The notes beneath the pieces were generated by a model. That model was not told the DNA's origin. It saw only the letters and a program-made list of their open reading frames with translations, and searched no databases. A stretch of 64,000 nt of DNA, from positions 7,026 through 71,025 of the forward strand of contig NW_021834784.1 of the NCBI RefSeq assembly GCF_006345805.1, given 5' to 3'. Shown here in pieces: positions 1 through 13,341 of the stretch. The DNA is from Octopus sinensis (taxonomy: Eukaryota). The first letter of the stretch is position 1. The number at the start of each line of letters is the position of its first letter. The position numbers were made by a program, and so were the translations under genes.

Positions 1-301
1 ACCCTGACCACGCTTTCAACGATTCTGATGAAACTTGACACACACATAGCCCAATGTCATAATTCAAAAGTAACGCAGCGAAAATTTTGAAAATTTCCCC
101 CGGTTCTGAAAAAATCGTATAAATTCGACATGGGGTCGAGAATCAGAAACACAAACCACCGACTGTCTAGGGACGCAACTCGACCTTTTTAACTAAAAAA
201 AAAATTTACCATAATTTTTTTTCCATTTTTTGGTTATAACTCTCTAAAATGCTTTATAGTACTTCCCTTACAAACCCGAGCAACGCCGGCGATACTGCTA
301 G
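1..301 (+). mobile_element. Non-autonomous Helitron, 3' part (5' end outside window)
   Basis: Ends in hairpin CCCGAGCAACGCCGG, then GATACTG-CTAG|T. The last ~90 bp are shared with the copies at 27096 and 33969. Confidence 0.7.
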
Positions 302-1013
302 TATATATATATATATGCGAGTGTGTGAGAGTGAGATGTTTGTGTGAATGTGTGGATGTGGGTTTTTAAGCATTCGGTTGTTATAAATAAAAGGGTTCTT
401 TTAAGAAATCATAAATCTTTGAATGCTAAATGAGAAGGGCGACCTTAAACTAACAGTAGAATGAAAAATTAGTATAAAATGATATATTTCTTTCAAGTGT
501 TATCACTAGGCCAGTAATCTCGGGGGGAGTTGAACTAGGGACAGCGGATGAAGGGGATTTTTCCCTGTGCAGTTTGTCTTGTACTCTGTTTTTTTTCGTT
601 TAGGTCCGTTTCCACGTTTGTTTTTACGTTTTCGTTTCTCGTTGAGTTCTACGTGTATTTGTGGTGTCCTGTACTCACGTATATATATTTATATATGCAT
701 GTATATATACATGTAGATGTAGGTACGTACATAAATGTATGTATGTATGCATATATTTTATTTATTACACTATTGTATGACTGAGCGTCGATTCGATTCG
801 TTTTCGTTTCGTTTCATCTCCTCCAAGTAAGTTTTGTTATATATATATATATACCCTGCTACTCCAGCACAGATTGTAAACGGGCAGATGAAGAATAATA
901 AATAAATCATCTGTCCGTTTGCAATCTGTGCTGAAGTAGTAGTAAGGTAGTTTTTAGAGCCATTTGGTATCTATATCTAGCGTGTTGAAGCGGGTAATAC
1001 GATCCCTTTAAAA

Positions 1014-1223
1014 GGCGGCGAACTGGAAGGAACGTTAGCATGCCGGGCGAATTAATTAGCAGTATTTCGTCTGTCTTTACGTTCTGAGTTCAAATTCTGC
1101 CGAGGTCGACTTTGCCTTTCATCCTTTCGGGGTCGATAAATTAAGTACCTGTTGCCTACTGGGGTCGATCTAATCGACTGACCCCCTCTCCCAAAATTTC
1201 AGGCCTTGTGCCTAGAGTAGAAA
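1014..1223 (+). mobile_element. tRNA-derived SINE family A
   Basis: Head GGCGGCGA.CTGG with B-box GAGTTCAAATTC. Central domain GTCGACTTTGCCTTTCATCCTTTCGGGGTCGATAAATTAAGTACC resembles the Meta/MESC-type domain (from memory). About 20 copies in the window. Confidence 0.85.
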
Positions 1224-1355
1224 ACAATACGATCTATTTAATATAATTATGTATATAGTTATAAATTTAGTATATAATATTACCTATAAGATTTTTATTT
1301 CACGCTGACAACTTGATAATATCATTAAAGTGATTTTATTCCTAATTCTTTTTTT

Positions 1356-1577
1356 TATTGCTCACAAGGGGTTAAACATAGAGGGGACAAACAAAGACAG
1401 ACAAAGGGATCAAATCGATTAGATCGACACCAGTACGTAACTGGTAATTAGTTGACCGACCCGAAAGGATGAAACGCAAAGTCGACCTCGGCGGAATTTG
1501 AGCTCAGAACGTAGCAGCAGACGAAATACCGCTAAGCATATCGCCCGGCGTGCTAACGTTTCTGCCAGCTTGCCACT
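1356..1577 (-). mobile_element. tRNA-derived SINE family A
   Basis: Reverse complement of the same head and central domain, with a different 3' tail (TTTGTCCCCTCTATGTTTAACCCC..AATAAA). Confidence 0.85.
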
Positions 1578-1608
1578 GATTTTATTCTTAATTCTATAAA
1601 GAATAAAA

Positions 1609-1609
<1 letters not shown>

Positions 1610-1688
<79 letters not shown>
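1610..1688. repeat. (TG)n microsatellite
   Basis: Perfect dinucleotide run of ~39 units. Confidence 0.95.
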
Positions 1689-1692
<4 letters not shown>

Positions 1693-2094
1693 ATAAGATT
1701 CAAGGATCGACGTGTACGAAGAAAGTTAGCTTCAAGAAATCCGTAGTCAATATTAAAAAAAAATCATCTTTCAGAGACAATTGTGGTTTATTAAGACGGA
1801 AGTTTGTGGATCTTTTTTTACATTTCACGAAAGGCGGCCGGGATTGACTGGTGTGCGAATAAGGAATACAAAGAGTTAAGGAATGGATTAGATAAGATCC
1901 GGGTTACATATGTTTTATAGCGAGCGGAACCTCAGAAGTGGTAAATATCCAAGCGTGGTGTATACCGTAGAATACTTTTCAGGCCAAAGCTATCTTGTTT
2001 TAGCCCGGATCTCATCTACTCCATTCCTTAACTTTTGCATATATGTGTATATATGAATGTGTGTGTGTGTGGGGGGGGTGTACATATATATATA

Positions 2095-2655
2095 TTTCTT
2101 TTATTCTTTTCTTTTATTTTTTTACTTGTTTCAGTCATTTGACTGTGGCCATGCTGAAGCACCGTCTTTAGTTGAGAAAATCGATCCTAGGATTTATTCT
2201 TTGTAAGCCTACTACTTATTCTATCGGTCTCTTTTGCCGAACCGTTGTCAAGCGATGGTGTGGTGAACAAACACAGATACACGAATACATACACACACAC
2301 ACACACACACACATACGCACACACACGCATATATATATACATATACATATATATACATCTACATATATATACATATATATATTGGAAGGTTTGGAGATGA
2401 TGTACAGGTATTATATATTAGAAAAAATGAGGTAATCAGATCGGATGGTTCATATTTGTAGATATTTATTTATATATTACATTTTTTACATATATATCAT
2501 ATCATTCAGATCATATCATTCGGATTGTTAGCGCTTTCTCCCAATCTAGTGGGGTTTTCAAATTTGATTTGAAAACCCCACTAGATGTATATATATACAC
2601 ACATATATATATATATATATACGACGGGCTTCTAGTTTCAGTCTACCAAATCTAC
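2095..2655 (-). mobile_element. CORE-type SINE family B, split at its internal (TA/CA)n tract
   Basis: 3' half (CAGTCATTTGACTGTGGCCATGCTG..GCCGAACCG) at 2095-2290; ACGACGGGCTTC..TCTACCAAATC resumes at ~2620. Compare the intact copy at 26417. Confidence 0.75.
2521..2586 (-). ncRNA. Degenerate hammerhead-like motif with U3-A8 core, overlapped by a perfect 20-bp-arm palindrome
   Basis: Minus strand: TTGAAAA-C-CCCA ctagat TGGG-A-GAAA-GCGC-T-A. Palindrome ATCTAGTGGGGTTTTCAAAT-ttg-ATTTGAAAACCCCACTAGAT at 2544-2586. Stem I is disrupted. Confidence 0.4.
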
Positions 2656-2659
2656 TCTA

Positions 2660-2850
2660 TATAAGATTGTGGTTTCGATTCCTGGACCGGGCGATGCGTT
2701 GTATCTCTGAGAGCAAAACACTTCAATACACGTTGCTGCACTCCTCTCAGACGGAAAGACCGAATAATCCTGCGATAGACCGCCGTCTCGTCCAGCGGGG
2801 AATATGTGCGCTAGAGAAACCGGGAGGGCGGCCTAACGCTCCTTAGGCAG
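2660..2850 (+). mobile_element. 5'-truncated tRNA-SINE with V-like domain
   Basis: GGTTTCGATTCC B-box, GAGCAAAACACTT, and CCTGCGATAGACCGCCGTCTCGTCCAG similar to 17580-17615. Confidence 0.55.
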
Positions 2851-2874
2851 TAATGTGGCCCAACAACATTACTA

Positions 2875-3017
2875 CTCGTTCTTATCGTCTGAGTGGAGTG
2901 GAAGAACGTGAAATGAAGTGTTTTGCTCAAAGATACAGCACATCGCCCGGTCCATGAAACGAAACCACTATCTTACGGTCATGAGTCTAATACGCCAGTC
3001 ACTAAGCCATGCGCATC
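2875..3017 (-). mobile_element. tRNA-SINE head plus CORE-like fragment
   Basis: Minus strand GCGCATGGCTTAGTG..GGTTTCGTTTC..TTGAGCAAAACACTTCATTTCAC, inverted relative to 2660-2750. Confidence 0.6.
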
Positions 3018-3055
3018 CACACACAGACACACACATACACACACACACACATATA

Positions 3056-3200
3056 TCTATTATATAAAATCAGTTCTGTCTGTCTGTGTGTGTGTGTGTG
3101 TGTGTGTGTCTTCTAGGATCTCGGGCATCCTCCATCCGATTGCGCTGAAATTTGATATGTAGATACCGGGAGAATACTGTGCGCACAGCCCTTTCTAAGA
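3056..3200 (+). mobile_element. Helitron/DINE-1-like non-autonomous element, 5' part
   Basis: A|TCTATTATATAAAA start, GTCT/GT microsatellite, CCGATTGCGCTGAAATTTG motif. 3' end not identified. Confidence 0.45.
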
Positions 3201-3397
3201 TCTCTGAGACTCAAGAGAGGAAAAAAAAGCGGTTATCCTGAAACCGAATACTTCCGACAGAGCAGACACTGTTAAAGGCAAGCAAGGATCAGGCGGCGGC
3301 GTTAAACCGAACGACGAAGTTTGGTATTTGTCCATGACCAAAAGGGTTCCCAATACCTCATTTTACCGGTTCATTGTGGCATCATGATCGTCATCGG

Positions 3398-3400
3398 AAT

Positions 3401-3438
<38 letters not shown>

Positions 3439-3957
3439 ATAGTAGTATAGTAGTAGTAGTAGGTAGTAGTAGTAGTAGTAGTAGGAGGAGGAGGAGGAGG
3501 AGGAGGAGGAGGAGGAGGAGGGGGAAGGAGGGGGAGGGGAGGGGAGGGGAGGGGAGGGGAGGGGAGGGGGATGTGGAGGGGAGGAGGGGAGACAGAGGAG
3601 AGGGAGGGGTGAGGAGGAGAGGAGGAGGAGGAGGAGGAGGGGAGGAGGAGGAGGAGAGGGGAGGAGGGGAGACAGAGGAGAGGGAGGGGTGAGGAGGAGA
3701 GGAGGAATGTAGGGAGGGTAGGGGAGAGGAGAGGGAGGTGGATGGGAGGAGAGGGGAAAAGGAGGAGGAAGAGAGGGAAAGGGGAGGAGGAAGGAGAAGG
3801 GGGTAAAGAGGAAGAGAAAGAGGAGTGGTGGTTGTGAAGGTGATATTTCTAGTTAGATTAGCTGTAGAAATAGTGACCGTTGTGGTGGTAGTAGTGCTGT
3901 TCTTGGCAGTAGCGGTGGCGGTGGCGATGACGCTGGTGGTATCCGCAGCAGCAGCAA

Positions 3958-3989
<32 letters not shown>

Positions 3990-4061
3990 ATAGTAGTAAT
4001 AGTAGTAATAGTAGTAGTAGTAGTAGTGGTAGTAGTAGTAGTAGTAGTATTAGTAGTAGTG

Positions 4062-4095
<34 letters not shown>

Positions 4096-4133
4096 TAGTA
4101 ATAGTAGTAGTAGTAGTAGCAGCAGCAGCAGCA

Positions 4134-4175
<42 letters not shown>

Positions 4176-4178
4176 ATG
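3398..4178. repeat. Compound low-complexity tract: (TAG)n, ~340-bp G/A polypurine, (CAG/TAG)n
   Basis: Read directly from the sequence. 3483-3824 is almost purely G/A. Confidence 0.9.
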
Positions 4179-4504
4179 GTGGGGTTTGCTACACACTGAC
4201 ATTCACACTGAATACTTAATGTGCAAATGCTGTAATGCTTCTACATACCAACTTCTCTCTCCTTCTGTCTCTCTCTCCCTCCCTCTCTCTCGATATTCTT
4301 TTAGTTCTAGTTTTCCTTACCTTTGCAAATCCTTCCTCTCCACCATCTTCTCTATATCATATATACCTACCTGTCTCATGCTCTTTATAGTTCATTTTTT
4401 TCTTAACTGTTAATATCAAATTAGTAATGTGTTGTGGTTATGTACGTGTTGTGGAATTTTAACATCTTCCATGTTTGCATCCCAAGCATCAACATCCGCA
4501 TCAT

Positions 4505-4585
4505 GCATTGCGTGTCTCCTTGAGCAAGGCTTTTCACTCACCCTGCTTCAGTCTCCACCACTGCAGTGAGAGCACCGGCTGACGG
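4505..4585 (+). mobile_element. Old CORE-like SINE remnant
   Basis: GTGTCTCCTTGAGCAAGGCTTTTCACTCACCCTGCTTCAGTC resembles GTGTCCTTGAGCAAGACACTTTATTTCACATTGCTCCAGTC of the copy at 52050-52110. Confidence 0.5.
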
Positions 4586-5871
4586 CAGATGAAGCATTTT
4601 TTCCCTCGCCAGGTGTCACATTCTGGTTGTTTCATTGGATCAAAGGTGAGGGAGTAAAAAGAGTGGCTATGTCTAATCGCGCCTACACAGGCACCTGACA
4701 CAATTAGCGAAAACATGGTACACATTATATATGCTTCGTATAAAAATGCCACAGCCAGCCGTCATTCACTTTGAAAATTTCTGCTTTTATTCAGCTAGAT
4801 ATATAAATGTTGGCATCAATCTGCTTTTTTTTCCTTAGCTTTATTAATTTGTTCCCATTCCAATTTATTTAATTAAATATATAGTTTGTGATTGGCACGG
4901 CTAGAACATTAACGTCTGATAATTTGATTCTAGATTTTAGTTCTATCAAGAGTACAGGTTTAAATTGATCATAATACTGTTGATTAATTTTTGTTTTATT
5001 TCGTATTCGAGCTCCTCTGCAGCCAATGTCTCACATATGGTATAATGATAAATTTATATTGTGTCAAAGCTACGTTTTCTAAACCCACAGCAACAAAGTC
5101 AATCAAAAATACATTAACTCGAATTCTTCAGCTATTTATGTCAGCTAGAAACATTGGCTGGAGAAATTAATAAATTGAGAGCAAATTGTATAGAGCTTTG
5201 GAAATTATTTTCCAAGAACAAGCGATAAAATTAGAACAAATGAGATGTGTTAGCAACACAATAGTCATTGGAAGATATTATATCAAAGAGCAATCTACAA
5301 CGCTCAGATTTATCACCTTATCACCTATCGGTCAAGTACACAGTTTTCGCATTAGAACTTATATCTCTTGAAGAATTCTTCTTCCTTACGACTACAACCG
5401 ATTGCCTGGTATCCGTTTAGATACTCCCATACGTCACTTACTTTCGGCTACACTTTATCTCCAAGATACACAAAGGTGATGCGAAAGGCATGTATTTGAT
5501 AGATAGGTAATAAGGCGATAAATCTGAAATTTCTCGATTCATCTATGCTTTCAGACCTACCAATTATGACTCGCCTACTAACACTTCTAAACTATTCATG
5601 TGTTAACTTCCGCTCTCAGAAAATAATTTTCAAAATTCATTACAAGTAATTTGTACTCAATTTTTTTAATTTTCGGGGAGAAGCTTGGAATTTTATCAAC
5701 ACCAAGAAATATTTCTGTTGTCAGTAATTACATATATGGATAAATTAAATTAATGTATCCTTTCGAACTTTCCTGCTGTAGGCATTTTATTTTTATTTTT
5801 ATTTTATTTTTTCCCTTTTTTTGTTATATATTTAGGATGAATTTTCTGTTCTTTCTTCCTTGTATAGGGGT

Positions 5872-6255
5872 GGGGGGCAAGCATAGCTGTACAGTTAAGA
5901 AGCTCGCTTTTCAACCATTGGGTTTTGCGTTCAATCCCAAGGTGTGTTGCCTTGGGCAAGTGTCTTTTACTATATCCCCGACCAATGCTATGTGAATTGA
6001 TTTTGATAGAGGGAAACTGTGTGGAAACCATATGTGTGTGTCGCTGTGTCTGTGTTTTTCCACCACCACTAACAACACTTGACAACCAGAGTTGGTTTGT
6101 ATACGTCCCCGTAACTTAGCGTCCCGGCAAAAAAATACTGATAGACTAAGTAACAAACTTTAAAAATTAAGTACTTGGGTGGATATGTTCGTCTAGATCC
6201 TTCAAGGCGATGTCCCAGCATGGCCGTTGTCCAACGAATGAAACAAGCAGAAGAA
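5872..6255 (+). mobile_element. CORE-type SINE family B, diverged
   Basis: GTTCAATCCC B-box, CCTTGGGCAAGTGTCTT CORE motif, CTTGACAACC..GTCCCCGTAACTTAGCG, and CCAGCATGGCC tail. Confidence 0.75.
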
Positions 6256-6891
6256 ATGCCCTGAAGTTCTGGATTTCTTTCTCATTCCCTATTTTAGTTT
6301 TTCAAATTTTATTTCTTTGTTTTTCTTTTGCTTTTGCAAATTAAAAATAATTTATTTCATTCCTGAAAACCACGTTTTTATACTTTATATTTTCTTTAAT
6401 TTTTTTAACGACAAAATCAGACGAAGAAGCCAATGTGCATGATCTTTCTTTAAGGGCCAGGAGCAAAGAGAGTAATCTATCCTGAGGGCAATGATCCTGC
6501 ATAAATATTTCAGCTGAGTCGTATCCATTAAATGCTCGCGAGGATCAGATGTGGCCTTAAAATGCGAGACACATTAAGTCTTCCATCAATAACGTAAATT
6601 CTCTCTCCTGTACGTTTTCAACAGAGCCTGTCAAGCAAATTCCAGCTTCGTTATTTCTTTAATGTATGTATAATTCTTAATAATTCTTAATCAAATATAT
6701 AATATAGTCGTAATTTTAATGGAATAAACTTTTCATAATTTATGATTTTAATCTAATATTTACAATTTTTTTAATTATACATTTATTTGTTGATTTACAA
6801 ACATATTAATCATTGATATCTTTACGCTGTTAATTCATAGTCTACCAATTATAATTACGCTATTTATCTTGACAATTATAACTTCATGATC

Positions 6892-7205
6892 AAGGCGCGT
6901 GGCTTAATGGGTAGGGTGTTCGGTTCATGACCAGAATGTCGGGAGTTCAATACCCGGTGGTGAATAGTGTTCTTGAGCAAGGCATTTTATTTCTTGTTGC
7001 TCCAGTCCATTCAACAGGCATTAATGAGTAGTACCTGTATTTCAAGGTCAGCCTTGTCACTTTTATGTCATGTCATATCGCCCTGAGAATTACGTTACGG
7101 TCAAGCGTGTCTGTGCAATGCTGAGCCATTTGGACGTTTATTTCACGAGCAGGGCCGATCCGTTGACCAGAACAACACTCGTCGCCGTAGCCAATAGAGA
7201 GCCAG
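6892..7205 (+). mobile_element. tRNA-derived CORE-like SINE family C
   Basis: GGCGCGTGGCTTAATGG A-box, GAGTTCAATACC B-box, TTGAGCAAGGCA. Homologous to the minus-strand copy at 51925-52177. Confidence 0.75.
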
Positions 7206-8487
7206 TTATAATTTCATAGATAATGTGTTTTTTGCCTAAATCTTTGTATATGTTGCTTTTAATTTCAGACCCCTCATTTACTTGAGATAGAGACAGTTTT
7301 TCACATTTCCCTATCTGTATTTCAATTTTGCTTCTCTCCCTTCCTAAGTAAGTCTTTACACAAAAACAGAATCGAATATAAACCGATACATTTTAGAAGA
7401 ATTTTTTATACTTTAACAAAAATAACAGATAACAAAATATTCGATTGTTATTGTTTTTTTTCTTTTATATTCATTAAAATTTAGATGTAAAGTGGAATTC
7501 ATCGATTAACAAAAATTCGAAATCAAATCGCCAATAAGAGAAGATTGTGTTTGGTATACTAATAACCAAGGATTTAGTTTGAAACTTTCTTGATACGTAA
7601 TTTGTGTGGTGTTGTAGACCATCGTTCCCCAAACTATTCGCACTATGTATTGGTTCCATGAAATAAATTTCTCCTTGAACTGGGGTATCATGCACATAAA
7701 AAACACAGTTAAAACGTAATATAGTATTTAATTATTAGATATATAATACATGTATATTACATATATAATGCAGAAACACTCTACAGACTGCGATAATCAA
7801 TCAAGTAGAAAGAAGATTTTAAAATTTAGTCTTTCTGTGCGGCCTGGTAACAAATGATCCATGGTCAACTCCTGGTCAGCGGCCCCGTGATTGGAGATAT
7901 TTGTTCTAAACAATGTAATATATCTGTACTACCAAATGTAGAGTATTGTATATTTTCATGTCACTTATTCGACAAGTACGGCGAAATCATTTCGTCGCTA
8001 ATGAGGGTTTAATAATATGGAAACAACTTAAGATCATCTCCCGTAGTTCCTGAAATAATTAGAATAGTATTAATCATTGACAAATATCGAATTTTCCTCA
8101 CTAGATAGATATATCTCAAGTAATATTTGGTCTTTGACAATCTAGAACGATAGCGTTTAAGATATAATGGAAGGTAATACAGATTACCTCAACGCACAGA
8201 TATGCGTCCTTCCACTTGAACTTGCGCTATAAATTGTGCTTAGTTGAAATTATAGTCATCTTATTTCAACACTTGCATGCATTAAATTAACAACCCAAGT
8301 TCCAAGTTCTTGCAGACACGCTTCTAAGCACATGTTTGGAATTACTGTGAATCACGCCGTTTCTGCTTCAAGGAGTCTGACTGGTAGTAAATATGACTTA
8401 AAATATCTGGTCACATACACAATTTTAATTAAATGGTGTATATATATATATATATATACATATAAATATATATATATATATAATATA

Positions 8488-8542
<55 letters not shown>

Positions 8543-8568
8543 ACATATAAATATATATATAATATATA

Positions 8569-8631
<63 letters not shown>

Positions 8632-8644
8632 ATATATATATATG

Positions 8645-9226
8645 CGAGGGGAATCAAAAATTATCCGTACTCTCGCCATAAAATATTTTTATTATTGTCA
8701 CACTGATTTCTGCGCATGCGTGCTTATAATTAGTACTATTGTGGTCACTTGATCGAAGTTTGAACCTGATCACGCCATTTTTCTTTCTGGCTTTACAGTG
8801 TAATGTGACTGCCCAACTAGCAAAGTTCACAACAGAAGAACAAGGGGTAATGATCCGAGAGATGGTAATGATGAATCGTTTAACTATTATTTTCTCAGGC
8901 TTTTCCGGCTACTTTCAAACTTCTCGATCCCCTCATGCACACATCGAAGTGGTAATGCGCTGTGTCCCCGTATTGTGATAAAGTCCTCCGATGAATTTCA
9001 GCACCTGACACACTTTTCGCTCTTAGTTCTTTTTGGTGCACATTGAGAGTGGATCGGCCATGCTTACACTGTAAAGCCAAAAGAGAAAACTGGCGCGATC
9101 AGGCTCAAACTTCGATCACGTGACCTCGATAGTACCAACTAGAATCCCGCATGCGTGAATCCCGCAGTGTGACAACAATATAGATATTTTGTGGTGAAAG
9201 TGCGGATAATTTTCTACTTCCCCTCG
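8645..9226. mobile_element. Palindromic mariner-derived MITE built from two inverted 5' ends
   Basis: TIRs CGAGGGGAATCAAAAATTATCCG / CGGATAATTTTCTACTTCCCCTCG followed by TA. The arms stay complementary for ~200 bp. The minus arm encodes GAEIHRR..QYG (mariner HTH-like). Confidence 0.8.
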
Positions 9227-9274
<48 letters not shown>

Positions 9275-9367
9275 CACGCACACACACACACACACATATA
9301 TATATACATGCATATATATATATATATATATATAATATATATATGGATATCCATACATACATATATG

Positions 9368-9426
<59 letters not shown>

Positions 9427-9464
9427 GTATATAGACTCATATAAACATATTCATATGTAAATAG

Positions 9465-9521
9465 ACAGATAAATAGATAGACAGATAGATAGATAGATAG
9501 ATAGATAGTAGATAGATAGAC

Positions 9522-9595
<74 letters not shown>
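9465..9595. repeat. (GATA)n microsatellite
   Basis: Read directly. Similar arrays at 19130-19227, 29505-29592, 38155-38212, 38770-38883, 40803-40922 and 48418-48505. Confidence 0.95.
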
Positions 9596-9621
9596 GAAAC
9601 CATGCACGTTCACACACATGC

Positions 9622-9684
<63 letters not shown>

Positions 9685-10520
9685 TTTTCATTTGCCATCA
9701 TGTATATGTTCCTCCGTATGCATGTATATATTTGTGCATGTATGCATGTAAGTCATACAAATATGACACGTAGCGTCTTTTAATGTTTTGAATTCGTCGT
9801 AAAATATTTACGTGAAAATTAAATATTTTAAAGCAACCATATAATGTACAAGAAACAAAACCTCATAAAATCACAAATGAACAACAACAAAAACAAAAAT
9901 AGCACAGAATAAAAAAAAAGAAATAATAATTGGAACACATTGAAATCAAACAACCATTATTCCGCCATGTTTTGATGTTTCGCTATGAAATTAATTCTGC
10001 CATGCTGGATGTCTGTCTGTTCGCAAATTTCGTTCCTTCAATATATATAGTTTATGTCTTTTATTTTGCGAAAAATTTCATAAATTTATTTCGTTTCTGC
10101 ATTAATGATAACAACAACAACGATAATGATGATGATGATGATGAGGAGGAGGAGGAGGAGGAGGAGGAGAAGGAGTATATGAATAATATCGCTGTTATCC
10201 TTGTGACTTATTTTATAATTATCATCAACATTATTATCATCATCATCATCATCATCATCAACAGCAGCTGCTGCTGCTGCTGCTGCATCGCTATGTCGCT
10301 GCCATCATAATTTCCATTTATATGTTTCTGCTTCGATAAAACAATTTTTCTTCTAATTTTTACGTCGTTCCTTCTTTTCACAAATGTTTGTTTAATTCAA
10401 CCATATTAAAATAACGTAATACCACTTTAATTTATTATATTTTATTTTGTATTATTTTTATTTCTCGTCATATATTCATATATTTTGTATTGGGTATTTA
10501 TCGCGACTTATTCACTACTA

Positions 10521-10601
<81 letters not shown>

Positions 10602-10823
10602 ATATTTATATATATATATATTTATATATATATATATAAAACTTACTTGGAAAAGGATGCGTAGCGTTCGATCACATAATAATATAAACAATATATAATT
10701 TTTGATGTTCTGTACTTATATGTGCATGTATATATACTTATAGATGTTGGTTTGTATATATATGTATATATATATGGATATATTTATACATATGCCTATA
10801 TAATATATAATATTTATATATAT

Positions 10824-10869
<46 letters not shown>

Positions 10870-12033
10870 TTCAATAAAGGCACGTCCATATATATGTTTG
10901 TATGCGTGTGTATATATTTATGTTTGTATGTATGTATGTATATATGTTTATTGATATTACTTAAACTTGGCTTTCCTTTTTTCCTTTTTTCCTATTTTCT
11001 GTACAGTCTTCAATATTTCCTTTCTGTTCCGTTCATCTTGTACTTTAAGTTTTCAACAGAACATATTGACAGCGAATGACATGCTATAAAATAAACCACT
11101 AATTACAAACACACATATACATATTTATATTTATATATTTATATATACATTTATTACAACCTATTGTTTTTGGCAGGTACTCATATAGATGAACAAAAAA
11201 AAAATCATACATGCATTGATGCAGAAGCAGGTAAAAAAAAAAAAACAGTTACGAGTGATTCGAATTTCAGGATCGTTATTTTTTTTTGTTTATACAGATT
11301 CAATCTCTATTCGTATATGTGTATATTTTATACATAAACATGTATGTATATGAAATGTATATAATCTTCTGGATTTGTAAAAATGTATATGTATATGATC
11401 GTGTACATATTGAATGTTTTGTTTTTTTTCTGACAAACGTTAGTCTTTAGATTCTTGTGTTCTTCATAGAGTTCAAACATTTTATTCTTCTCCAAACAAA
11501 GCACAATTGACGGATATTTAAGCATCTATAGAATCAACAGACTAAAGAAATTAACAAAATTATTCTAAATGTAATATTTACAATCTGGAATATTTTATTA
11601 ATTTTTTAATTGTTTTTATTATCAATTTTCATGTTTGGATATTTGCCAATACTACCGTCGTATTCTTCTATCATGCCAAATTTTCTCTTTTTTTTTTCTC
11701 GATTTTTTTCTTTTTCATTCTTCGCCAACTTTGCTTTTAGTCTACTTTCATTACCATTTCTTTACTCTGATTAGCTTTGGAATATTTCATATTGTTTATT
11801 TATACTTTTAATTCACAACTGCAGGGAACATTTACAAGACAGTGTTCAAATGTCATGGAAGTCAACTTTTATATTCCGTTCCTCTGAGAGAAACAAAATT
11901 AATTACCAATTTCACAATGGGTTTCATCCAATCAACCCTACTTTTTCCATACAAATTCAACTAATTAACAGTCTGTCTAATTAATATAAAAGTTATCTTT
12001 GTACACTTTTCAGCTACCATGCATAACTATACA

Positions 12034-12115
<82 letters not shown>

Positions 12116-13341
12116 ACATATATACATGCACGCAAACACTCGCAAACACACGCACATGTATAGACTTATTTTGCTTCTTTTTTTTATATTTTTCTATCAA
12201 TTTTTAAAAGTTTTTCAAAATCACAATAAAGAATTTGATACTCTTCACCCAAAGTGCTAGGCACCTTCGAGAAACATGGCATAACTCATTTTTCGAACCA
12301 TAATAAATAATTGTAAATTATTTTTCAGCTAGAATTTATACAGAGGTTATATTTCATATTTACAAAGATAGATCCGTTGTGAAATTCCTGATTTTCTCGA
12401 CAGTGTTACTAATGCGTTTTTAAGTGATTCCATCCGGGGATTGAACACTAAATGAAAACTCTACATGAAGAGTTAGTTCTATAATATCACGTGATCTTAC
12501 CCCGTGTATTGTGTGTATGATTTTGAACGTCTGTTTTCTTTTATATATATTATAAAATCATTGGCAAATTTAAGTTCACTGCAATGCTAATCAACCCAAT
12601 TTTTGCAATAATAGATATGTGGTGTATGTGTTTAAAGGTTGTATGCGTACACTCTTATTTACTGACCAGAAACATGTTTATATAACACATATAATTGAGA
12701 ACAAACACATACACACACCTAGACACACAAACATACACTCGTGTCATTAAGTGTATACAGCTAATCATATGTGTGTATAAATGTGTGTGCGTGATTTCGT
12801 TTAATGTCCTTTTGAATTAAATATTTTGAGGTAATATTTCAAATTTCAAATGAAATCAAATTCTAAAATAGAAATTAATTGAAAAGTAAAAATGGCAAGC
12901 TGACACCTAGAAAACTTTAGTTTCTATAGAACCATGTTCAGCAACTTATATTCCATACGCTTGCTCTTATAGTCACTTCTTGGTATGAGCAGACAGAAAT
13001 CGTTAGGAAAGGAAAATGGTAATACGTAGCATCCAAACCTTTCCTGGGGGCTGCACTGATATTTATGAAGTGAAGTGTCTCTGTCTAGTAAGCGAAACCA
13101 GATTATAGAGCCGTCTTTTCAACCTGGAACTTCAAACTCGTACTACAGTATCCATCCACTGTACTTCATTATAATCATTTGGCATAGCAAAGAAGGATGG
13201 ATCATGAGAATCTGAGAGGGAGAACATACGAATATGAGACGTTTTGTTTTTTTTGTGTGTGCCATTAACAATGGTACGAACGATGTGCGAGAAATGCAAC
13301 TAAGAATCGAAACCGAACCGAACATTCGGCAGAGAAAAAAC

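Noticed and set aside
3400-4245. Long stop-free minus frame (T/A/P/S-rich)
   Set aside because: C/T tracts and CTA repeats cannot contain stops, so openness is uninformative.
4534-4752. 72-aa minus-strand ORF
   Set aside because: It overlaps a SINE remnant, has no recognisable domain and no clear splice context.
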